64,000 nucleotides of DNA from Squalus acanthias. Taxonomy: Eukaryota. Every line of letters starts with the position of its first letter. The stretch's first letter is position 1. Both the position numbers and the translations under genes were made by a program. The stretch lies in assembly GCA_030390025.1 (NCBI GenBank), contig CM059432.1, positions 23,314,001 to 23,378,000 of the forward strand, read 5' to 3'. Positions 27,001 to 39,000 of this stretch are shown piece by piece. The notes beneath the pieces were generated by a model. That model worked only from the letters and a program-made list of their open reading frames with translations. It was not told the origin of the DNA and made no database searches.

Positions 27001-30000
27001 GTCACATGTAGGCCAGACCAGGTAAGGATGACAGATTTCTTTCCCTAGAGGCCATTAGTGAACCAAATGGGTTTTTTATGACAAAATGGTAGTTTCATAG
27101 TCACCATTACTAAGGGGGAAAAACTGAGTTGCGCCCTGAAATAATTAGCACCCCCGTGGCCGAAATTCATCGGTAGCGCCCAAAAAGGGAAGCGGGGCGT
27201 TACTGGAAGCGCCCCACCTCCCTCTTGGAGCGCTGCGAGGGAATATCGCAGCGCTATGTGCCGCGGTAATGCAGCCCTTCCTCCCCTTCTTAAAGGGAAG
27301 GGGCATAGTGAAGCATGACCCGGGGCCCAGCTCGGCCACCAGTGATCGGAGTGCCGGCAAAAGAGCCCGGCACTCAAGAGGAGTGCCGGGCTCACGGAGT
27401 GCAGCTGGCACTCCGCGGGGAGGCTGCTAAGGAGGCCGGGGACGGCAACGGGGGCAGGTGCTGGCAGGCGGCCAGCAACAAAAATGGCCGCCCGGCACCT
27501 CGCCTTTAATTAGCGCCGCCCCGGCCGTAGGCAGGCCCCCCTGACCCCGTCGGACATAGTGTCCGGCAGTAAGTCAGGGGGCGATACTGAAGATCGCGGC
27601 CGGGGCGCTGCACAGCGATGATGTCATCGCCGGTGGCACAGCGCCGCGGGGCGCTAATGGTTACCGCCGCCGCTAACCTCCCGCTGAATTTAGTGGGAGG
27701 AGTTGGCAGCTCCGCGCCCAGGCGCTAGTTCCTTTGCAAAGCAACCGAATTTTTCCCCCTAACTTCTTAATTCCAGATTTATTTAATGAACTGAATTTAA
27801 ATTCCCCAGCTGCTATGGTAGGATTTGAACTCACGTCTCCAGATTACTAGTCCAGTAACATAACCACTATACTACCATACCACTATTTAGGGGATTTCCT
27901 TCCTTACTGCCACTGCCACAATCAATCCCCAGGAGAGGGGTGACAGTGTACCCTGAAACAAAGGCTTCAAGCCTTCTCTTTGTAAGGAGAGGGCCTAGTA
28001 GTGTCCACCGTTCCATCTCTTCAGCCCCCATACCGTTTCCTGAAGAGACTGTTGCTCACTCAGAGCCCTTTCGTTGCCTTGTTAAAAAATTCTTCAGGGC
28101 ACGTCTGCCCACTTTAAAGCAGGCAGCTCCTCGTTGAGGTGTTGTGTGCCACCTCGTTTCCTTTGGCAGGAGCGGCAGACTGTGTGTTGTAGGGTAATCC
28201 ACTCGGAGCCTAATTAATGAGCCCTGACCCAGGAAGGATTGGTGCAGCAGGCAGAAATCCGTCCTCAACCCTGTTCTGGCCGCTAATCCAAGCTAGAGAA
28301 AAATCCAGCCCCAAGCCTGTGACTGCCTCTCCGTAGCACAACTCATCAATGTTGTGTCTTTCCAAATTAGTTATTTTTCTGCAGCCTCAACTGCTGTCTA
28401 AGAGGTAAATGCCTGGAAATCACGCAGAGGGTTGTTGGTGGAACTTCCCCCCCAGAAATGGAATACATATCTAAAAACAGCCATTTACACCAATCTCCCG
28501 CCAAAGTTTCAGGGTCAAAACCTCTATCTCTGTGTTATGTAGACCAGGAAGGCCCTAGCTTTGAGCCACCCTGGTATGTGCAGAAATAATTAATGCCTAC
28601 CAGGGAATGGATCCCAAAATTGGTCACAGTGCCCGTGAATCAGGGAAGGAAACAACAGCTTTGGTTCCTATTTTTGATCACCATCGCCCCCTGCTAGTAG
28701 TGTGCATGCAGTGAGGACAGAATTGGGCCCGGCCACAATATCCTCCAGTCAGATAGCCCACTGGCACTCAGTGTCATAGTTTATGTGTGAATAATGGCTG
28801 TTTGGGCATCCAGCCAACCACTGCGTGTGCAACTCTATCCCAGTAAGGGGAGGGGAGTTGGGGCACCTTCAGGAAAAGAGGGAGAAAATTAAGAAAATTA
28901 TTTTCATAAAATAATAGGATAGTCATTACAAAGTTAGCCCTACAATGTTAAATACTTACAGGTTCGCCTTTAGGTCCGGGAGTACCGTATGGCCCTCGAG
29001 GCCCCTCTGAACCCTAGAAAACAAAGAATAACTGTAAAAGGATTCAGTGCACACAAACGTGTAGCTATCTTTGGAGTGAATGGTCTTTATTCTTTTTTAT
29101 GTTCTGCTTTATTTTGAAGTGCCAATTTGTCACTTCAATGTCGGTTTGAACCTTGGGCTGTGCCGAGTTAGCTCTTTTCCGCCAGACAGCAGTGGGAGCC
29201 CTCCTGCTGATCGCAATCCCTTCGGTTCAGGGAGAAAGCAAATCAGCCAAGGTGGTCACTCTTGCTATTTAGCGATCCGGCTGGAATCTGGATATTGGGT
29301 GATATTAGGATTCGATTCTAATGCCATCCTGCAACAGTTGAATAGCCTGGCAACACTCGCAGGTGAAGGCAAGCAAGATTTCAGGGAGAAGCTGGCAGCT
29401 GTGGAATTGTATCCCAACATACGTCAACGCCCTCAGGACAGAAAATTGGGACAGCGAGAGAATTCTTTTTTTTTTAAATCAGCTTTTTATTTTTACTTTA
29501 AATTTAATTTAGATTTCTGCCTTGTAGTCACTTACCAGATATTCACTATTTTCCAGAAAAACTATCATAACCAACAAATTACCCTATATTACAATAGAGA
29601 ATATTGCACATTTGTGTGTAAGCATTGACTCAAATAATAAAAAGAGAGCTGAATAAAAACTTACTTTGGCACCTTTGAGGCCTGATTCTCCGTTTCCACC
29701 TCTTGGACCTTCTGGCCCCTATAACAGAAGACTGATTGATGATACTCTTTCAACCACTTACAGTTGTTCTTTATTAACAGGGGGCACTGATATCTGAGCA
29801 ATACTGTTGTCCAAACTTGACTGTATTTCTAAAAATATTTTAACATACAGTGTCAAAAATAAATGTGGTTTCTATTTATTTTGCTACCTTCTTTTTCATC
29901 TCCACAAGTTATATTCCCATAATAATTTCTTTCTCTGAAAGAACATCCGAGTATTCAACTCCCTCAGTGAGTGGAGGGAGAGTGAAAAATCCCTGTATGA

Positions 30001-33000
30001 GGGTGGACCCCATGGTCATAGATAGTCCAACCCACTTACTAATATATGGTCTGAGATCTGTCAGTCAAATTGCTAAGTCACTGGCTACTGTTCCTGAGTG
30101 TTAGCTTGCCTCAGTTAGCATCACTCCCACCTTTGGATCCGAATGTAGTTTTGGTTTAATTCCCTCATATTAAGACTTGAGCACATAATCTAGGCTGACA
30201 CTCAACTGCACTGTTGTCAGAAGGGCTGTCCTTTGGATGGACATTAAACCAAAGTTAACTGTCCCATTGCCTATGCCAAGCTACAATCTGCCTGTTCAGA
30301 GGCACGTTACAGTTGGAAGGGTAAGGCTAAGGCTGTGAGATCAAATGGAGCAAAGGGCTTTTTACATCTGAACATACCGTATGAAATCAGATGAGATTCC
30401 CAGTGAGACAGAGCAAAATGGCCCTTCATCCGGCCTACTCAATGGATGCCAACTGTCTACTGTCTGATCCACTGATTCAGTTCGTACTTGTGCCAAGCTA
30501 TTGAGAAGGTACCAATATATTCTGGTTGAGAAATGTAGGTTAAAAGGAGCAGTCTCAGGGCTGGATGGCCTTTTCTCAATCTATACTTTCTAATGGTTTT
30601 AGCTTCTAATCTCTGACCTGCCTATAGAAAAAGAAATTGCACTATGGATCACTGCACCTTTAACTTAAAAGGAGCATAAAATAATTGAATACTTACAGTA
30701 GGCCCAGCTGATCCCGGAGGCCCCGGCAAACCATTAAATCCCGGAATGCCCTGAATGAAAAATAAATCACTTTAATTTTCGGGAAGTTTTATATACTATG
30801 TTTCCTTCTTGAACGCTGTTTGAAAGCTAGCTAGAAGCCTCTTTTGTTGCAGAATGCTTTTAACAGTGAGTTTATATGTGTTCTCCCTGTTGTGAGGAGC
30901 CATATAAAAAGGACAGTGTATTACAAATCATGCTATATGAGAGAACATTATAAAACAGTATTTAATGGCTGTATTAAAACTTGAAAGTTACAGAATTCAT
31001 AAAGGTTTGAGACTGTTTTAATCCAGTAATCGTTATCCTGATAGTAACTGACAGCAGGGCGTGTAATGCTAGCTACAAATCACACCCAGCCAAAGCTTAA
31101 ATGTTGCTAAATGGTTCATGGACAAACTGTGGGACTTCACAATAAAACAATGGTAATGAGCAAAAAGGTTGACTTCAAAATCTTTTAATTAGATTTGGGC
31201 AATTAGCAGTTCTAGATAATTCAACACCAACACATACCTTTGTTCTTATGTCTATTATACAGGCTTGACTTGAAAGCCTAGAAATTGGGTCATGTAGCGC
31301 TCCTTTTTCAGGCGCCACATGGCCTCTTAAGTCACTAAAGTGACGTGTAGGAAGTGCCCGCCATATTGGATAAGAACATACAAGAGGCATCCTTTACACA
31401 CACCTGAAGCAGGTGTTAGTCCATTTGCATATGTAAATAAGGGGCCTAGCGCCTAATTCAGGTCCCCGCTGCAACATTGGTTTGTCCTGATGCAGCCAAC
31501 GCTGACTGCACTCAGGGAAACTAACTCTATGGATAGATGCAAAAAATAGTTGCTACTTACATGTAAAGCACTATCCCAATCACTGCCACTCCCAGCCCTG
31601 AGATCCCTTACCCCCGACCTCCAATCTTCCTCCCCCCAGACTCCGACTCCAGACCTCCAATCTCCCATCCACCAGGCTGCAGCCCCCGACCTCCGATCCC
31701 TCTCCCCCCAAGCTCCGACCCCCGACCTCTCTCTCCTCCCAGGCGCCGACCCCCCAACCTCCAATCTTCCTTCTCCGGCCCCTGACCTCCAATCTCTCTC
31801 CTCCGGCTCCCGATCTCTGATCCCTCTCCACTCAGGCTCCGAATCCCAAGCTACAATCTCTCTCCATTCAGGCTCTGAACCCGGTCCTCCAATCTCACTC
31901 CTCCCAGACTCTGGCCCCTCATCTCTGCCCCCGCCCCAAGGCTCTGTCCCTCAACCTCCGCTCTCACTCTCCCAGGATTTGGCCCCCGACCTCTGACCTT
32001 TGATCACGCTCCAGCCCACGACCTCCTTATCCCCAGGATCCGGCCCCAAACCTCCAATCTCCCTCCGCCCAGGCTCCAGCCCCCGACCTCCCTCCCCCTC
32101 AAACTCAGGCCCCCGACTTTTGATCTCTCTCTCCCACAGATCTCCGTCACCCCAGGCTCTGGCCTCTGATCTGCCACGCACACACCCCCGCAACCCCCGC
32201 TCACACAAGATCGCTGACCTCCAGGCCCCAATCCCGTTGGCCGCTGCCTGCTGATTATACCCCTCCCCTCACCATCGATAGCTCCCCCAAGACCCGCGAT
32301 TCCCCCCACCGAGGTACACGCTCGTCCCCCACCTATCCACGATCCCCCCAAGGCCCCACCCCCACCCCGGAGGCCAACACTTACTTTTGCCCTGTCAGCG
32401 TCCCAAACTTACTTCACTTCCCTGATTAGAGCTCCTCCCACAGCCCCATCTCTATAGGAATGAAGACCAAGGCCCAACATCTGGACCTCACTATTTGTGC
32501 ATAGGGTAACTGCCTTGCGCAGGGGGGGGGGGGCGGGGGTGAGGCTTCCTAATTGTTAGCCAATATAGTTACAACCAAGGTTGAAATCCATGAGACATTC
32601 CAACTCATTTGCCATCATGTAATCAGAGACGTGTCAGCCAGACAGTTAGGTGAGATTCCCTTCATGAAAGAAGGTAGCAATCCCATGGCTAATGCAGTGG
32701 ATATAGAATGCCTGCTGGCTGATATTGTTATTTGAGTCAGTCAGTCGACTAAGAACGCTGTCAAAATGCACAGCTTGAAATCGTTGCCATGACAACCACC
32801 GGGGACAACATTTTGGACACAGCTCTCTCAAAGATTAAAGAGAAGAGTCTTTTCACAAAGGATGTGCTATGGTAATAGGAATGTGGGAGGTTTTTTAAAT
32901 TAAAGCCTCTATGAAGGGCACCATTAAGACTAAGAAAAAAATTAGGCTGCAAGTTAATAAGAATTAGTGATTACCTTTAGTTTTAAAAGTCTTTAGTTTG

Positions 33001-36000
33001 TAAGAGGAGGGATGGCAGAAATATGAAATAATTATTTTGCTTCAGTATTTACCAGGGAGATAGAACAGGTGGACATGACATTGGATGATGAGAGTAGTAA
33101 TGAGATAAGCGCATTTAAAATAAAAAAAAAGGGATATATTAAATAAATTAATCAAACTCAATGAGGATAAAACTCCTGGTCCGGATGGATTGGATCCACG
33201 CATTTTAAAATAATTTAGGGAAGCGATAGCAGAGGCATTACTGAACATATTTAATAATTCATTCGAAAACGGTGTAGTGCCAAAGGACTGGCGGATAGCT
33301 AACGTAATACCGATATTTAAGAAGGGGGATAGAACATGTCCAGGGAATTATGGACCAGTCAGCTTAACATCGGTGATAGGAAAAATAATGGAATCCCTAC
33401 TAAAAGGAGAAAATAGAAGAACATCGAGAAACCAAAAATATAATAATGAATAGTCAACATGGATTTCAAAAGGGAAAGTCTTGCTTTACCAACCTTATTG
33501 AATTTTTTGAAGAGGTAACAGAGAGAGTAGACAATGGTAATGCAGTAGATGTAATTTATCTGGATTTTCAAAAGGCTTTCGCTAAGGTACACCATAATAG
33601 ACTGATGAACAAGGTCAGAGAATGCGGAGTCAAGGGACAAGTAGCAGAATGGATTGCTAGCTGGCTTCAGGACAGAAAGCAGAATAAGTTTTCGAGACTC
33701 GATCACCTGTCAAGCCAGAGAACCTTCTCGGGACATGGCTATCTGTTTTGTGTGTCCCTACAGAGAGGAAATCGGCATGCCGATCCAGACGTGAGAAAGC
33801 ATGGGACCAGCATTACAATAAAGCCTATGGCCAGGTTTAGGGCGAGCCTTAATTGTTTTTATTAAAATGAATAAAGTTTGTGATCGTGTATTATTCTTTT
33901 TTTCTATGTATGTACTATATTTTTCCAAGTGGTGCAGGGGTGTTGGACCCCCTCCGTGCTTGGATGTGAATGTAACTGAATTCTTACCTGTGTCTGTATA
34001 TAAACCCTACACCTAAAGGGGAATGTATGTTTTGGGTCTTAGATAGGTAAACTACAGGGGAAGGTTGGCACTCGAGGATCAGGAATTTTGCTGACCCAGG
34101 ATGATACTCTAGCGGGTAAAGTATCAGAGGGGGGACTGTAAGATTCTCAAAATTTGCAGATCCCCAAAAGCTAAGGAAAAAGGACTTTGGAACAACCTCA
34201 GTGATAAAAATGCATTTGGCCTAACATAAGGAACTTAAGACCAAAAACCAAGTTTTGGCATTTTAAAAACATGTCTGGGCCTGTAAAGGGACATGGAGGT
34301 GGGTTCGACCTCTGTAAAAGCAGTTTGGCTATTGCAGTTAATTACACTGTCTGGGGAACCAGGATGACCTCACTCAAGCCCCAGCAGACATTAGCATTTT
34401 GACAATAGACCCAGGGAAAGAGCAGTCCCACCCAAAACATAGGCCCCATCAAAACCGATTACAGGGCCCATCAGAAACATGCATAATACAAATCAGTTAG
34501 GCCCATTTCTATAGAAAGACCGAGTCCAGCCTAGAAAACCAAACACAAATCCAATCAACTGTAATCAACCAAGGAGATCGACAGGACACAAGCCATCCCA
34601 AAAGCCATTTGACACTTAGTAAAGTCGTTACCGTTAACGAGCCCTCCAAAATCTTACAATGCACAGATAAGGAAGCTTCAATTAATATAATTGAAAGGCT
34701 GTTTTCTCAAGAAGTCAGTTCAGCAGTTACAACAGTTCAAGTTCGAGTTCTCCAGTAGAGTTACACAGCAGCAAGGAATTCAGCAAGCAGTCCGGCAGAA
34801 GACAGTTACAGTTCTGCAAGAAGGCAGTTCCACAGCTCTGAAGAAGACAGTTTAAACAGAGGCAGAGTTCAACAGAAAGAAGTTCAACAAAGAAGGCCAA
34901 CAGCTCCAGAAGTAGGCCGACCCGCAAGAAGAGACCAGAGCGACCGCCTCAGTGACCATCGGACACCTCGCGACAACAAGGGCCTTACGAAACTTTTTAC
35001 TCAAAAGACTCTAAACCCTAACTCTCAACTGTCAAGGATTCGTTTGGTGAGCATTATCCCTGGTTCTCTGGAGTCCAACTTAGCTAGTGAAATGGGATTG
35101 GGAGGGGTGAAGTATTCTTCTAATGTTATTTCCCTCGCTTGTACCGAAGTGTTCCCCACTTTTAGAGTGTTAAGAGTGTTTGTGTTGTGTTCTACTTTCT
35201 TGAATAAAGATCGAAGTTCTTTCATCAAACTCAGTTGTCTGCTGCACCTTTTATCACAACCCCCAAATAAGTCCAAGGTCTAGAACCAAGGGAGTGGGAG
35301 CGATTCGAACCACTCAGAAGTCAGAGGTGAAGCTGACACAAACCACCACCCCCTACAAAGGTGGGTAGTGGTGTTCCACAAGGATCAGTGCTGGGACCAC
35401 TGTTGTTCACAATTTACATTAACGATTTCAACTTCAGAATCAAAAACACAATTTCTAAATTTGCGGATGACACCAAATTGGGGGGGATAGTCAATACTGA
35501 GGGGGACTGCAACATGTTACAGGAGAACATTAATAAACTTGTAGAATGGGCAAATAATTGGCAAATGAAGTTCAACACAGATAAATGTGAGGTATTACAT
35601 TTTGGTAGTAAGAATAGGGAAGGTCACTTATCACTTGGAGGGTGCGAGTCTATATGGGATAGAGGAACAAAGGGATCTAGGAGTACAAATACACAAATCA
35701 CTAAATGTTGTGACACAGGTTAGCAAGGCCATAATAAAAGGAAACCAAGAACTAGGGTTTATTTCTAGAGGGATAGAATTGAAAAGTAGGGAAGTTATGC
35801 TAACCTGTATCGAACCTTGGTTAGACCACACTTCGAGTACTGCGTACAGTTCTGGTCGCCATATTATAGAAAGGATATAGAGGGACTGGAGAGGGTGCAG
35901 AGAAGATTTACAAGGATGATACCAGAAATGCAAGGGTATACATATCAGGAAAGGATGAAAGGCTTGTGGGGAAGAGCATAACTAGAGGCCTTCAATATAA

Positions 36001-39000
36001 GATTGTCACCAAGAAATCCAATAGGGAATTCAGAAGAAACCTCTTTACCCAAAGAGTGGTGAGAATGTTGAACTCGCTACCACAGGGAGTGGTTGAGGCA
36101 AATAGTATAGATGCATTTAAGGGGAGGCTAGACAAGCATATGAGGGAAAAGGGAATTGAGCGTTATGCTGATAGATTTAGAGGAGGAAAGACGGGAGGAG
36201 GCTTGAGTGGAGCATAAACGCCGGCATGGACTGGTTGGGCCGAATGACCTGTTTCTGTGCTGTATATCCTATGTAATCCTATGTAAAATTGAGGGCAGTA
36301 TGGAGTTCCACAGTTTTAAAGTAGTGGGAAAAAATGACTTATGAGTAGGATTTAGTAATGAATTAACTGGGAGATAGTTAGTACTAGCCTTCGCAAGATC
36401 TGTTGATATGCTCTCCTGCGTGGAATATTGTGTGTCACATAATTCTTGGGATAAAGATGTGACTCTGTAACTCTGTTAGATTTTGTGACTCAACCCGAGT
36501 TGCCACAGGTGGAGGCCAGTTGGTTCCCCTAGAGCAAGGGTTTCTTATACCTTCCGTATTGGAAAGGCCTAGGAGAAGACTATTCATCCAACCTTATAGC
36601 TAAAGAAAATGGAGGAAAATCATCCTAAAAAAAAATACAATTTTCAGGAGAGGTTTCCGTAGGGATGTAGTGACTGAATGATCAGCCTCCAGTGAAGCAA
36701 GCACAGGATGATATGACTCACATGAGGTAGAATGTGGCCGTGGAAGGATTTAAACACTAGGATGAGAATTCAGGAAGTCAGTTTGTTGGGACACAGGGAT
36801 GATGGGTTGTGGAACTTTTTGCAAGAGAGGTGCCTGATTGTGGAGTTCCGGATTCATTGAAATTTCTTAAGGCAGGGAGGCCGGTGAGGAGAATATTGCA
36901 GGCGTCAATCCATGCAGTATTGGTGGCAGTAAACAGTTTAGCTCAGGGTCTAATAGGTTGCACATCTGGATTTGTCCTGAGAAGCCAGCTAGGGAGGATG
37001 ATGAAGTGAGTGCCAGTAGCACTTGGGTGCTGCTGGGAGCTGAAAAGGATGATTTCAGTTTGGATTGAGCTGAAACAAATGGTGTCTTACCTAGTTCTTG
37101 ATGTTTCTAGTCCAGCAACACCTCAATTAAAAATTCTCATCCTCGTTTACAAATCCCTTCATGGCCTCACCCCTTCCTATCTCTGTAACCTCCTCCAGCC
37201 CTACAACCAATGTTCCCCCTTATATTTTTTTGGGAGCGTGGCCCCTTCAAAGTTTTGCGAAACTTTACACTGAAAAAGCCAGTCCCGGGCTGCGTAGGAC
37301 CAGCAGAGAGGTGTGCGGCTTGTGCACCTTAGAGAACATTGCTTACAACCCTCCGAGATCATTGCATTCCTCCAACTCTTGTGTATCCCCGATTTTAATC
37401 ACTCCACCATTGGTGGCCGTGCCTTCAGCTGCCTGGACCCTAAGCTCGAGAAGTCCCTCCCTAAGCCTCTCCGCCTCTCTACCTCTGTCCTCCTTTACTG
37501 GGATGGGAACACCATCACCTCCAAGTTCCCCTCCAAGTCACACACCATCCTGACTTAGAAGTATATCGCCAATCCTTCATCGTCGCTGGGTCAAAATCCT
37601 GGAACTCCCTCCCTAACAGCACTGGGGGAGTACCTTCACCACACGGACTGCAGCGGTTCAAGGCGGCGGCTCACCACCACCTTCTCAAGGGCAATTAGGG
37701 ATGGGCAATCAAATGCTGGCCTTGCCAGCGATGCCCACATTCCATAAACAAATTTAAAAAAACATGAAAGTCACTATATAAATACAAGTTGTTATAGTCA
37801 GGCAGTGAGAAAGCCTTGGTGGCGGTTAAGAAAATGATTTGGGTGTCATTGGCATACATATAGAAACAAATGCAATTTTTCTGGATGATGCCACCAGAGG
37901 GTAACATGTAAAAGAGGAAAAGGGGGGGGGGGGTTAAGGATATAACCTTTGGGGTTCGCCAAAGGTGACTGCAAGGACATGACAGTAAACCACTGAGGAG
38001 ATGTATTGACTGTGTTGGGACATAAGGGGAACTGTGAGAACTGCTGCAGAAATGGTTGGGAGAGGAGGGGCAGTGAAGGAGAAAGAAGTGATAAACAATG
38101 TTGAAGGCAGCACAGAGATTGCAGAGGAACAGGAGAGGAGGGAAACTGCTGGAAGAAAAATATTAAAAAAGAAGAGAATTAAGTGAAACATTGCAACCTT
38201 TTTCACTGATACTAACATGCACCATGATGGCGAGAACAGCGAGCGATATTTCCTTGCAGGTGTAGCTGACTATAAAATGACTGGCAATTACAATATACAG
38301 CCTCTGTGGAAAATGCAGTCATGCCAACTCACGAGACACGTGCTTTTCAATGAAAATTCCCCCCAACTCGCGATTTAACTCAGAAAACTCGCGAGTTGAA
38401 TGGTTAATTCCAAACCAGAATTTCTGTTCAGAAAAAGCAAACTCTGCCTGTATGCCTCGAGTCTATATACAATGCTGCAGTTCTGAAAGGGGGCGGGCTC
38501 CCGTTATCGGGACACTGATTGATTGACAGGTACGTTTCGATGGAATCTTCACAAAGCATAAAGAGGCGTCACCGTACCAGGAAGACACTGACTGATTGGC
38601 TCTGCAGGATGATCAAGGGGGGGGGAAGGGCAGTGCTAACTGTTTGTCCGCTGGTTGAGTTTAGATCGTATATGATAGCAAATTTTCAGTGCCGGCTCCG
38701 GGGTAGTGTTGCTCCTGACCGATGACCTCGGCTACGGGGACCCAGGTTGCTTCAGGCACCTGAGCTCCCGGACCCCCAAACTGGGCCGGCTGGCGGCGGT
38801 GGGCTGGAGATTCAGTGATTTCCATAGTGCGTCCAGTGTCTCCAGCCTATCCCGATGAAAGGGGGTTCCCGTGGACTGGGAGCGGGACAGGATCAATAAT
38901 CTGCCTTGATTAAAATGCAACAATCTGCATAGTCCAATATGCATTAATCTGGTTAATATGCAATAATTAATCTGCAATTAATATGTAGTAAACTGCAATG

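Noticed and set aside
29080..29628. 182-aa plus-strand ORF between two collagen exons
   Set aside because: Spans an old SINE-like repeat and AT-rich intron sequence; no domain features.
31453..32351. Overlapping 83-148-aa Pro/Ser- or Gly-rich ORFs
   Set aside because: By-products of a C-rich low-complexity repeat that is open in several frames; no Gly-X-Y register or splice context.
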